From Hypanus sabinus (taxonomy: Eukaryota): 64,000 nucleotides of DNA. Below, piece after piece: positions 49,337 to 61,989 of the stretch. The position numbers and the translations under genes are program-made. Numbering within the stretch: the first letter of the stretch is position 1; every line of letters begins with the position of its first letter. The stretch spans positions 62,001 to 126,000 of the forward strand of contig NW_026779211.1 in NCBI RefSeq assembly GCF_030144855.1, written 5' to 3'. The notes under the pieces were generated by a model. The model made no database searches. It was not told the DNA's origin and worked only from the letters and a program-made list of their open reading frames with translations.

Positions 49337-50799
49337 TTCGCCGGCGACAGGAAGCAGGTGATCTGTGAGAGTCAGTGATCTGTGATGCACAGGGCACGCA
49401 CATGCGGATTAAAAAGCACGTGCAGGGCACATCTGCAGGTTGTCCTGAGAAAGAAAGCGATTTTTTCCAGATTCGCTCGTGGTGCCGGCGGAGGGAGTGC
49501 AAGGGAGTGGGAGAGGAGGGAGAGGGGGAGAGATTTTTGTTGGGGGGGGGTGCAGGAGTGTGAGGGTGAAGGGTGGGGGACGGACGAGAAGCATGAGTCT
49601 GCCCGTGTCACTGAGAAACAGAGGGATTGTTCCAGATGAGCGCGAGGTGCGGGGATCAAAACCACCGATCGAGCTGCTGTCAGATGCCGGGACGGTGATG
49701 TGAGGAAAGTTATCCTCACAGGGTTGTGGTGAAGATTACGGGGCGGCACGGTAAAGAAGCACAGCGGGAAACGGGACGATGTTATGGCGCTCGTTTTCAT
49801 TTCCGCCGTGACCTTGTGGGCACCTCCATTTTCCCCACATATTCCATAAAATCTTAAGACCATAAGATTTCGGAACAAATGTCAGCCATTCGTCCTATCG
49901 AGTTTGCTCCGCCATTCAATCATGGGCTGATCCACTTCATTCAGACATCCAGTTACACCCACTCCCCTGCTTTCACCCCGTACCCTTTTATGCCCTGGCT
50001 AATCAAGAACCTATCTATCGCTGCCGTAAATGATCCCAATGACTTGTCCTCCGCAGCCGCTCCTGACATCAAACGCCACGGATGTTCGCAAAGCTTCGTA
50101 CATTCCAGCGACTGAGTGAGACGGTTTGATCGGAGTGAGCATCAGTTACGGGGCCGGGCAAAACAAGAGAAGCTGGAGAAACGGGCTGCATTTTTGGGAA
50201 GTTAAAACGGGATTTGACTTTCACAATGATCGGCGGAGACCCGAGAAATGTCGTAGAACAGAGGAACATTGGAGTAGAGGTAAACGGTTCTAGGGTGGCG
50301 AAATCAGGAGTAGAGAGTGCTGCGAAGGAGGCATTTGGCACGCATTCCTTCGTCAGTCAGGGGACTGAGTACGGGAGCCGTGAGGTCACGTCCCAGTTGT
50401 GCGAGACGCCGGCGGGGCCGCACCTGGAGTACGGTGCTCGGTTTTGGTCGCCCCGCTGTCGGAAAGATGCCATTGAGCTGGGAAGACTGCAGAGGGAGCC
50501 ATACAAGGATGTTTCCGGGACTCGAGGGACTGTTATGGAGAGAAGTCGGACAGGTGGGACGTTGGATTGTAGGAGTGACCTTACAGAGGTGTGCCAAACC
50601 AAGAGGGGCGCAGATAGTGTGAATGCGGGCGGTCTGTTAACGGGCTTGGTTGCGTGGAGGGAGGGGGAGGGGAGGAATCAAGAAAGCGAGAGCCGTGTGA
50701 AACAGGGAGCGGTGCTGCCTGAAACGCGCCGACAGTAGTGGTGAGAGTGCCGGGTGTGATAAGGAACACGCCGACTCTCTCCAAATCACAGAGTCATCC

Positions 50800-51190
50800 T
50801 GCGGAGAAGATTTGACTTGATAGGGGTATTTAAAATGATGAGGGGTATAGATAGAGTTGACGTGGATAGGGTTTTTCCATTGGGAGTAGGGGAGATTCAA
50901 ACAAAAGGACATGAGTTCAGAGTTACGGGTCAGAAGTTTAGGGGTAACACGAGGGGGAATTTCTTTACTCAGAGAGTGGTAGCTATGGGGAAAGAGCTAC
51001 CAGTAGAAGTGGTAGAGGCAGGTACGGTATTGTCACTTAAAGTAAAATTGGACAGGTATATGGACAGGAAAGGAGTGGAGGGTTATGGGCTGAGTGCGGG
51101 TCGGGGGGACTAGGTGAGAGTAAGCGTTCGGCACGGACTAGAATGGCCTAGATGGCCTGTTTCCGTGATGTAATTGTTATATGGTTATAT
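50800..51190 (+). mobile_element. 5'-truncated CR1 3' end
   Basis: GVFKMMRGIDRVDVDRVFPL...FFTQRVV...GYGLSAG. Confidence 0.85.
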
Positions 51191-51790
51191 GAACCTCCCC
51201 CCCCCCCGGCCTTCCCCCGTCTCTTCAGTTCGGCTACAACCACCCAGAAACTCTAGTTGAAACTCACCCCATTAGCCTTTGCAAAACTCCCTGCCAGGAT
51301 ATTGGTGCCCCTCAGATTCAAAAGCAATCCATACTAACTGTACAGTCACGCCAGCCCTGAAATCCGTCTCAATGATCCGAAAATCTGTTTCATTGCCCCC
51401 TGCTCCAATCACTCCGCGACGCATTTATCCGCCACCTTACTCTATTCATGTAGTCACTGTCGAGTAACACCATTCCTGCACACACTCCCGGGTTCGGACA
51501 CAATCTGAATCTCCACCCACACGCGTCCATCATACACTCCCGGAGTCGGAAACTCAGTGAAACTTCCCTCTAAAACTTTTCTACACAGGCCCGTGTCCAT
51601 GTACCAACTACTCTCTGTGTAAACGTCTTGCCCTTTGCAGTGCATTGGACGCTACCGCATGGATATTGCCCGGCACTTTGTGTATGTTTGTAAATAAATG
51701 TTTTTCTTTTTGTGTCATCTACAGGTTTATTAATCAGTCTATTTGGAGATATCCGAGGTGTCTGTGTGTGTGTGTGCGTGCGTGCGTGTG

Positions 51791-51825
<35 letters not shown>

Positions 51826-52039
51826 ATCACAAACCCCCGATTGGCTCACTGTCGGACATTGAATATGGACTGTCCCTTATGCGTTGTGATTAAAATGCGA
51901 TTCCTGGGTTACAACATAAAATCTCTGCATCACAGTCTGTCATCTGTTGGCGGCATAGAAATATAGGTTTGTATTTTGCAGATGAGTGAATCAAACAGTA
52001 GAGTTACTGAATTATCTGTTCATAAACAGTTGTTTGGAC

Positions 52040-53008
52040 TGTTATATACCCCGAGGGTTCATTCTTTCTGTTGACTGCCACTTCAAAAAGGCCGAGAGAA
52101 TGAGACTGGCTTTTAGATACTGCTGGATTTGCTGTGATGAGAGATGTGGCGTTATTTGAGGGACAATGAATATATACAATTTATTCTGCCGCTTGTTTTG
52201 AATGTACAAGGACACAGAGACACACAATCAGAGTTAAGATTGTCAATGGACGACACCAGTGAGTCGGTCGCATTTGAATTTCCAGCACCCCAAAAGTGTG
52301 AGTTAAGATCGATCCAGAGTTCTCATAAATGACTCTCACAAGTTGCTGGAACTAGAATAATTTTGCAGAGGGGAGACAAGCGGGAGGCGTGAAACAGAAG
52401 AATCCTAGTTATAAAGAGATCACAGTTTTGACTTTAACTCCACGTATCCCGTGAGTGTGAGTTTGTTCCCATTCGGAAACGAAAATGTGTTTGTCACAGA
52501 GCTCATCCGTAGGAGTGGATTCTCTACTGAGGGAAAAACCTTTGTGGATACCACATGTGTGTTTACCCTTTGCCTGGGCGTGGTAGTTCACTGATGAAAG
52601 GCACCCCTGTGGCAAATCACCGTTGGAGTTAATTCGTAGGTCGTGGAGCTGAAGAAGTGGCTATCACGTTGTGTACGACTGTGGTAACCTTGTGGAATCC
52701 ACCAGTGTGTCGACCCTTGCGTGGCTGGTGGTTCCCTTGAAGATGGGCCCTCTAGTGATAAGCTACTGTAAGTGAGGTTTCGTGTGAGGATTCAGAGGAG
52801 AACGAGAAGATCGACGACACCTGTTTGTTTGGATTACAAATATATCTCTCTCTCACCAAATTCTATGCATTTGAACTGAACAGAAATTTCTTAAGACTGT
52901 AATCCTTAAGACGGTAAGATCGTAAGACTTAATTCTTGCACCTGAGCTTGACTAAATTTGGAAACTTATTTTTTTACACACCTATATCTGCATAATACTG
53001 CTAACACA
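52040..53008. mobile_element. Probable solo LTR
   Basis: TG...CA termini flanked by TGGAC (52035-52039) and TGGAT (53009-53013), a 5-bp TSD with one mismatch; no coding remnants. Confidence 0.5.
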
Positions 53009-55999
53009 TGGATTTCCCCGGTTTAAGTTACTATATTACGGAATTACAAATAAGCTATTGATAGTTAACAGCGAAACCAGACTGAAGGTGTGTTTTATTG
53101 CTGCTGAAACTTTTACAGTGTTGCGCGCAGGTAAGAGGTTCTTTGCCCAGTGTTGCGTGTAGGTAACACGACCAAGCTGAACATTCTTCCGGTACCTCAG
53201 CAGAAACGTCTTTTTTTTTTCCATTTTCTCCATATTCCTAAAACATTTCCTATTCTCGTATTTCTCTATCCTTCTAGACAGACCTGTCGTATTAGTTAAA
53301 AAATTTGGCACTTCTCTGGCCAGATTTCCAACTGGACTTTTGCCATGATCCCTCAACCTCGACAACTCCATCACGTCTGTGTCGACTGTAAGAGTATTGA
53401 TGAGTCACTCCTATTTTCATCCAATCAAACGCCAGAATATTTCCCACAATTGTCACTTGCAAAATGGCTGCCCTGCATCATTGTCATCTGTACTCCATTT
53501 AAGGCCATGCTATCCAATGCATCTCGGTCCCAGGTCTCAGCCTACCGGAACCAGTCCTTCACAAAAGTCTTACTTCCAGTCTAATCCCAAAGGCTGGGCC
53601 TTGTCTGCGGCCATGATTCACGAACCGAGCGACCCTACTAATGGGACAATTTACAATGGCCAATTAACCTATCAACGCATAGATGTTTGGCGTGTGGGAG
53701 GAATCAGGAGAAAGCCGATGACATCCAGGCGGTCACGCTTTACAGACTGCGTGGGAAAATGAGTAGAATGAGTGATAATGAACTGTGAGAAGGAGAGAGG
53801 CCAAGCTACGAGGGAATAAATAAACAAGTAGACTTCATGTGCCTTTTCCTCTGCAATCACCTTCCCTCCATACCGAATGTATCCAATCCAATCCGACAGA
53901 TAGCACCACCACTACACAAAGTGTCTAAGAATTTCTTTAATTTCCCAGACGCTTTGCGATGGGGACTGCTGCTGGGGACGGACGATTGGAAGAGGCGTTT
54001 TTCCAATCCGAGTTATTAAATTATTCTCGAGGTGGCAGACAGAACTACAAAGAACTCCTTTGCAAGAGGAGACTTGAGTCTGTCCACGGTAACCAGTTTC
54101 CCGGAAAGATTCAAAGGCAGCGGCTCTTGGAAAGAAAAGCCCTCGCCAGAGGAAACAGATGGAGCTACATCGGGCGGACCTGAGGAGGGATTCGGGCGAC
54201 ACGGTATACCGGTAGGGCACAATGATCATATGGCAATGGTGATGTCAAGGCTTCGAAGGCAAATAAGTTTTGGATAACCCACTTGGTGGAACAGAGAGTA
54301 GTGGAGGCAGACTCTTGGGAGAAAGGTCACTGAGTATTAATGCTCTCCTGACAACGCCGTGAACTTGGTCATTAGACGGAAGGGACTTTTCAACGTCTCC
54401 TTCAGCTGAACCCTGAACCTGGCCTGGACCACGGCGTAAAGGGCCGTGTTGGTGCAGCAGCTCAGCTGTTGCAGCATGTAGCCCAGCTCCCGCAGAGAAA
54501 TCCGGGGATTCGTGAAAACGTAAATACCGAGCCTCTCCCATACCGAATAGACTGTCAGCAGTGCCCACAGCAGGATGAAATTCCCCGACATCACCAGCAG
54601 TAACAGGAGGGATTGCCTGCGGTTCTTCATCTGCGGGTCGGCGGGCGTTTCGACATCGCGAGAACCACGGAGTCTCCTTCGGGCTCGGCTGGCCACGAAG
54701 ACGTGTCTGATAGTTAAACTGTTGAGCAGCAGAATCAGGACAAAGGGTAATATTGGGGTGAGGAGGAAATGAATCACTTGAAATATTGCCTGCTGATTTA
54801 GGGAAGATAACCTGACATTACAGAGCAATGACGTACGAAATAACGAATATGACCCTTGAAACAAAAAGTACCAGAAAATGTTCTTTACGCAGCTCAGCAC
54901 AGTCACTGTCCCCAGAACCAGAGCTGCCGTTCTCTAGGTGCAGTATTTTCGCTTCAGCTTCTGAAAACAAATGGCGATAAATCGATCAAAAGTGAAAGTG
55001 ACGGTGAACCAGACAGAACAGTCCGTAGCAGCGTAGAACATGACGGCGTGGATGTTACACACGGGAGTACCTGCTGTCCAGCGTATAACCTGAAGTGGCA
55101 TGAAAATCCCCGGAATTTTGCTCAATACTAGATCGAAGAGAACGACCAGCTGATCCGCTGCCACCATGGCAACCAGGTACCTTGTGACGCCTTTGGAGAG
55201 GCCGCACTTGCCCCGCGACAGGATGACGATTGTCACCACGTTGACTGTGTGGAGGTAGATGAAGACCATGAACACATATTTGCATGGAAACATACTCTGA
55301 AAACAAATATTTCATTCGTGAGTACTTCCGAGAGCAGAGATGGAAATGGAAATTACGTATCTTCTCAGGAAGTTACCGTCAGCTAGTATTAAATCGGTTG
55401 TGATTATAATGTACCTGTTGAAGTTCAGAAGAATGAGGGGAATCTCATTGAAATCCATGGAATATTGAATATTGTGCCGGGATTTCGTGGAACTGGAGAG
55501 GGTAGCTTCTGTAGTGGTGGAATCTACAACTAGAAGACGAGGCTTTACAATACAAAGACATCACTTTTTAACAGTTGAGTGTAGAAATTTCCTTTGAACG
55601 TGGCTGGTAATTATGTGGAATTTCTCGCCACAGATGGCTGTGGGGGTCAGTTTATTTCAGCTATTTGCAGACGAGAGCTCTTGATTCATCGGGGCCTCAG
55701 TGGATATCGGGAGGGGGCGCCAGAATATGCTTGACAGGGAAAGTAAATCAGCTATGAGGGAATGGCGGTGAAGGCTCTCTGCTCGAATGGGCGAATTCAG
55801 TCCCCGAGCCCTATGGACTAAGCAGTGATATCCACCGATGGCAGAATGTATTCAAAACTTTGGCGTCAGAAGAAGGATTTGAAAACAGGACGTGATAATG
55901 AACTGATTCATGTACCAAGTATCACGGTGACAGAAATTCTGCTTCGCTCAACTGTAAACACGAGAGAGCATTACAGCAGAAGATTTGACCAAATAGGTG

Positions 56000-56850
56000 C
56001 CGGTATAATCCACCTGTTCGGACTGGCATGCTCCGCCATTGAGGATGATCATTGCTGATCTGACTATGGACTCATTTCCATCTACCTGTTTTCCCCCCAA
56101 AGAACCCTTAATACCCCTACTACGGAAAAATCAATCCAAATTTTTCTGAAACATATTTACTGAAATGACGTCCACTGCTTCATTGGGCAGAAAAATCCAC
56201 AGGTTCAACAACTTCTGGGAAAAGCAGTTCCTCTCCGTCCTAAGTTCGCTCCCCAGAATCTTCAGCCTATGTTCCCCCGGTCTAAATTCACTTACCAGTG
56301 GAAAAAACTTTCCTGCCCCTGTCTTATCTACCCCTTCCGTAATTTTAAATGTCGCTAAAAGGTCGTCTCTGATCCTTCTGAAATACAGTGTGTGTAGTCG
56401 CAGGCGACTCAGCTACCAATTTTCCTCCCAATGCCTCCGGTCTGGAATCAAAATGGTGAACCGACTAAACGCTGGTAAATCCCTACTCAAGTCAGGAGGA
56501 CCAGACATGCACAAAGGACCCCAGCTGTCGCCTCACCAGTACCTTGTGCTGTTGCAGCATAACTTCCCTGCTCTTAAATTGAACCCTGTGAGCAATGAAG
56601 GCCAAAATCCCATTTGCCTGCTTGTTCGTCTGCTGCTGCTGCAGACCAACCTTTTGCGATTGAAGAACAAACACTGTTAAGAAACTCCACATGACAGCGT
56701 ACTGCAATCGTTTTCCACGAAAATAATATTCTGTTCTTCCATTTGTCCTTCTCAACCTTGCCTTTTGCACCATTGTTCTCCATCTGCCAGACGCTAATAC
56801 TTTTGTTTAAACAATCGATAACCGCCTGCAGGCTCAGATTCATCTGCACC
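56000..56850 (-). mobile_element. Old CR1 ORF2 3' fragment
   Basis: KQANGILAFIAHRVQFKSREVMLQQHKVLVR is homologous to the CR1 C-terminus. Confidence 0.7.
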
Positions 56851-56939
56851 ATATGTGTCGGCGGTAAATCATGGCATTAATGACCCCCACGTAGCCTCAT
56901 TATGTTTAATAGTTGAGGCTTTGAAGGTATTTATATATC

Positions 56940-56966
56940 TTCCTATCTATCTTTCTATCTGTCTGA

Positions 56967-57043
<77 letters not shown>

Positions 57044-57090
57044 CATCTATCTCTATCTATCTATTTGAATGTCTGTCTATCTATCTATCT
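56940..57090. repeat. (ATCT)n microsatellite at the CR1 insertion site
   Basis: Read directly. Confidence 0.95.
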
Positions 57091-60000
57091 GGATACTGTT
57101 GATGGGGATGTCCTACCAGGAATGAGTTGTAGTGGTCCTGTCTCTGGCACAGAGGTTGAACCCTCAACTAGAAAGGGGAGGAGGGAAGAGAAGAGAGCGA
57201 TAGTTTTAGGGGATTCTATAGTTAGGGGGGCAGATAGGAGATTTTGTGGGGCAGATCGTGAGTCTCGGATGGTATGTTGCCTCCCTGGTGCCAGGGTCCG
57301 GGACAACTCAGATCGGGTGCAGGCTATTCTTGAGAACGAGGGCATGAACCCAGATGTAGTGGTCCATGTAGGTACCAACGATGTAGGTAAGGTGAGTGAG
57401 GGGGTCCTGCTTAGAGAGTTCAGGGAGTCAGGAGTGAAGCTGAAAGGCAGGACCTCCAGGGTATCAATCTCGGGATTGCTACCTGTGCCACGTGCGAGTG
57501 AGGCGAAGAATAGAATGATTATGCACACTAATACGAGGCTGAGAGCATGGTGCAGGAAGGAAGGGTTCAGGTTTTTGGATAATTGGTCTTTGTTCCAGGG
57601 ACATTGGGATCTGTTTCGAAGGGACGGTCTACATCTGAACCGGAGGGGTACTAACATTCTTGCAGGAGTGTTTGCCAGTGTTGCTCGGGGGGGGGGGGGG
57701 GGGTTTAAACTAGATGTGCAGGGGGCAGTGATCCAGATCCAGAGGGTTGGTCAGAAGGAGCATGGGGTTAAATGTGTAGAAGGTTTGGGTGATCTTGAGA
57801 AGGTCATCAAAATTCAGGGTGCAATTAGCCCGATGGAAGTTCAAGGAGCTGGGTTAGGTACAGTAGGCAGTGTTTTAAGCAAAGAGAGGAGGAATGGGCT
57901 AAGAATTCTATACTTGAATGCGCGTAGTGTCAGAAATAAGACAGATGAGCTTGAAGCTCAGATGAAAATGGGGAACTACGATATTGTTGGGATAACGGAG
58001 ACATGGCTGCAAGGGGATCAGGCCTGGGAATTAAGTGTACCAGGGTATACGTGCTATCGTAGAGACAGAAATATGGGAAGAGGGGGTGGGGTGGCCATGT
58101 TGGTGAGGAATGAGATTCAGTCCTTAGCAAGAGGTGACTTGGGAACAGGGGAAGTAGAGTCTGTGTGGATTGAGCTGAGGAACAGTAAGGGTAAAAAGAC
58201 CCTAATGGGTGTTGTGTACAGGCCCCCAAACAGTAGCGTGGATATTGGGTACAAGTTGATTAGGGAGTTAACATTGGCATATGCTAAAAGTAATGCAGTC
58301 ATTATGGGAGATTTCAACATGCAGGTGAACTGGGAGAATCAGGTAGGTGCTGGACCCCAGGATAGGGAGTTTGTGGAGTGTCTAAGGGATGCATTTTTGG
58401 AACAGCTTGTGCTTGAGCCAACCAGGAACGAGGCTATTTTGGGCTTGGTGATGTGTAATGAACAGGAATTGATAAGTGAAGTAAAGGTGCCATTAGCAAG
58501 TAGTGATCATAACATGATAAGTTTTTAGAATTTGACAGGGATAAGGGCAGATCAGAGGTGTCAGTGTTGCAATTAAATTAAGGAGACTACGGAGCCATGA
58601 GGGAAGAGCTGGCCAAAGTTAAATGGGCGGATGCCCTGGCAGGAAAGACAGTGGATCAGCAGTGGCAGATATTCTTGGGCATAATACAAAAGATACAAAA
58701 GCAGTTCATTCCAATGAGAAGGAAGGATTCAAAGAGGGGGAAGGGGCCACAGTGGTTGACAAAGGAAGTCAACAAAGGAATGTATAGCATTAAAGAAAAA
58801 GAAGTATGACAGGGCTAAGATAAGTGGGATTACAAATGACTGGGAAAGTTTTAAGGAACAGCGGATCTTAACTAAAAAAGCAATACGGAGAGAAAAAAAT
58901 CAGGTATGAGCTCAGTCTAGCCAGGAATATAAAAAGGGATAGCAAAAGATTTTTAGCTATGTGGAGAGAAAGAAGATAGTTAAGAACAATGTTGGCCCCT
59001 TGAAGAATGAATTGGGAGAAATTGTTATGGGAAACAGGGAAATGGCAACAGAATTTAATGCGTACTTTAGATCTGTCTTCACCAGGGAGGACACAAGCAA
59101 TCTCCCAGATGTATGGATGGGCCAGGGTCATAAGATATCAGAGGAATTGAGACATATGGACATTAGGAAAGAAACTGTGATGAGTAGACTGGTAGGACTG
59201 AAAGCTAATAAATCCCCGGGTCCAGATGGTCTGCATCCGAGGGTTCTAAAAGAGGTGGTTCAGGAAATTGCGGATGCATTGGTAATCATTTTCCAATGTT
59301 CCTTAGATTCAGGATCGGTTACTGAAGATTAGAGAGTGGCTAATGTTATCCCACTTTTCAAGAAGGGAGGGAAGGAGAAAACGGAGAACTATCGCCCTGT
59401 TAGCCTAACGTCAGTCGTGGGGAAGATGCTTGCGTCCATTATTAAGGACGAAATAGTGGCACATCTTGATGGCAGAAATAGGATTAGGCCGAGCCAGCAT
59501 GGTGCCAGCCAAGTGCAAGTCATGCTTGACTAATCTGTTGGAGTTTTTTGAGGGTGTAACAAGGATGTTAGACGAGGGTAAGCCAGTGGATGTTGTGTAC
59601 CTAGATTTTCAGAAGGCATTCGATAAGGTGCCACATAGGAGATTGCTGAGTAAAATCAGAGCTCATGGCATTGGGGGCAGGGTTTCAACATGGATAGAAA
59701 TCTGGTAGGCAGATAGAAAGCAAAGGGTAGCAGTGAATGGGTGTTTCTCGGACTGGCGTGAGTGACTAGTGGGGTACCACAGGGCTCTGTATTGCGAATA
59801 CAGCTCTTTAGAATTATTGTCAACGATTTAGATGAGGAAATTGAAAACTATATCAGCAAGTTTGCTGACGATACTAAACTGGGTGGCAGTGGAGTCCTAG
59901 TTCACCAGTCAATGAAGGTGAATGAGCAAGTGCAACAGGCAGTGAAGAGGGCAAATGGAATGTTGGCCTTTGTTACAAGGGGAATTGAGTGCAAGAGCAA

Positions 60001-60630
60001 GGATGTCCTTTTGCATTTGTACAGGGCCCTGGTGAGACCACACCTGGAATACTGTGTACAGTTTTGGTCTCCAGGTTTAAGGAAGGACATTCTGGCAATT
60101 GAGGAAGTGCAGCGTAGATTCACTAGGTTGATTCCTGGGATGGCAGGGCTGTCTTACGCAGAGAGATTGGAGAGATTGGGCTTGTCCACACTGGAATTGA
60201 GGAGATTGAGAGGGGATCTGATTGAAACGTTTAAGATAATTAAAGGATTTGATAGGATTGAGGCAAGAAATATGTTCCAGATGTTGGGAGAGTCCAGTAC
60301 CAGGGGGCATGGATTGAGAATAAGAGGTCAGTTATTTAAAACAGTGTTGAGGAAGAGCTTCTTCTCCCAGAGAGTTGTGGAGGTGTGGAATGCACTGCCT
60401 CGGAAGACGGTGGAGGCCAATTCTCTGGATGCTTTCAAGAAGGACCTAGATAGATATCTGATGGATAGGGGAATCAAGGGATACGGGGACAAGACAGGGA
60501 CTGGCTATTGATAGGGAATGATCTGCCATGATCTCAGAATGGCGGTGCAGACTCGAGGGGCCGAATGGTCTACTTCTGCCCCTATTGTCTATTGTCTATT
60601 GTCTATCTATCTATCTATCTATCTATCTAC
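57091..60630 (+). mobile_element. Near-full-length decayed CR1-clade LINE (ORF1 SGNH esterase; ORF2 APE endonuclease + RT)
   Basis: ORF1 AIVLGDSIVRG / VVVHVGTND / DGLHLN. APE YLNARS, GITETWL, GDFN, SDH. RT PGPDGLHP, NYRPVSLTS, YLDFQKAFDKVPH, GVPQGSVL, KFADDTKL. Several stops and frameshifts; (CTATT/CTAT)n tail. Confidence 0.92.
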
Positions 60631-61989
60631 CTGTCTATTCCAGCGAAGCTGTCTGCTCCAACAAACTTCGAGAAAGCCTGATTAATCCTACCAGGTCCCA
60701 ACTGGACTGTGGAACATAACGACCAGAAATTCTGTTCACCTCAGCGCCGGAAGCATGTGTATGCTTCACTGAGAGTGCAGATGAAATGTGCCGGAACGCT
60801 GCCCGGATTGGAGACCACTCCCTGCAGGGAGAGATTGTGGGAGCTGAGACTTGCTTCTCTTGGAATAAAGGTGCAAGAGAGGTCACATGGTGGAAGTGTT
60901 TGAGAGGCGAAAAGGCATAGACAACGCCGCAATGCACTCAGCCAGTGTTGCTGAAGCTGTCCCGGTTTGAGAGACCAGCCATGCATTTAGCGCGTCGATA
61001 CAGGACAGTTATGAAGGAGAAGCTGAGTAACATTTCACATCTTTACTCACGAGGAAGAGACGAGACACTTACCGGGGACAGCTACAATGGCGAGGACAGG
61101 GTAGTAAACCAGTTTGAAGGACTCAAGCGCATAATAAAGTTCATAGTCCAACGGCAACTGCAACTTCATGATTTTTAATCAGTTACTGATACATCGAGGA
61201 AATATTATTTACAGATGCCGCAGTATTCCGTAATGCATTTTGCAGATCCATTATTTCAATACTCCATATTCCTGTTTCCGATGCAGCCTCTGTCCCCTCT
61301 CTCTATCTGAAACCCGCTGGTCTCTGGTAGCGTAGACTGGCGGCTCAACTGAAACTGACATTGTGAGAGAGACATATTCATAGAACAAGTAACTAGAAGC
61401 CACACCTCCGCGGTGACGGCGACAGACCCCAGGGACACTCCCTTCATTAAGTTCTTCGAAATAACAAGTGCAGTTAACCCTTTCTTTGTAAACTGCCAGA
61501 GAAGCAGTACAAACGCATATTGGAAGTGTGTCTAATAATCCGAGCAGTCGTGTCTTTCCACGGATGCGTGTCGTGTCTGGAAATGGACACTAAACTGAGA
61601 AACCTATTAACACACAGTCAGACACTGAAATACAACAGGTCTGGAAAAGAGAGTTAACGCAGCAAATATTAAATAAAATCAGCAGAATATTAACATAAAC
61701 AGATTTTAAAAATTATTTCATAAATACCGTTCTTAAAAAATACAGTTGCATAGGTGTATTGAAAATAATATAAAATTAGATAATTTTAAATAATGATTTT
61801 CAGGGAAAGCAGCTTCGAACCAGCGGCCAAACTGGACATCGCGTGATTTGGGAAAGGAGAATTTCACTCCGCACGGGTATAAAAAGCGACAGCGCGCCCT
61901 TGCAGTGAAACATTCTTTGACCAGCGTCCAGGCGTAGTTCGCGCTTGATCTGCAAGAGGAAGGCAGTGTCAAATGTAGCAGCCATCTTC

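Larger units (their letters stand above)
54337..61169 (-). pseudogene. Class A (rhodopsin-like) orphan GPCR, GPR139/GPR142-like, two exons (61073-61169; 54337-55244), in-frame TAG at 54934-54936
   Basis: Exon 1 MKLQLPLDYELYYALESFKLVYYPVLAIVAVP G|gtaagt. Exon 2 after acacAG reads VNVVTIVILSRGKCGLSKGVTRYLVAMVAADQLV...TFDRFIAIC...KYCT*RTAALV...SCCTNTALYAVVQARFR. The two ORF-track ORFs are in the same frame, split by one stop. Confidence 0.85.

Noticed and set aside
56855-58528. 557-aa ORF apparently fusing CR1 ORF1 esterase to the APE endonuclease
   Set aside because: The fusion depends on a 17-G run (57687-57703) just before the usual ORF1 end ggt tta aac tag, so it is most likely a homopolymer slip or error. 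The N-terminus is translated microsatellite.
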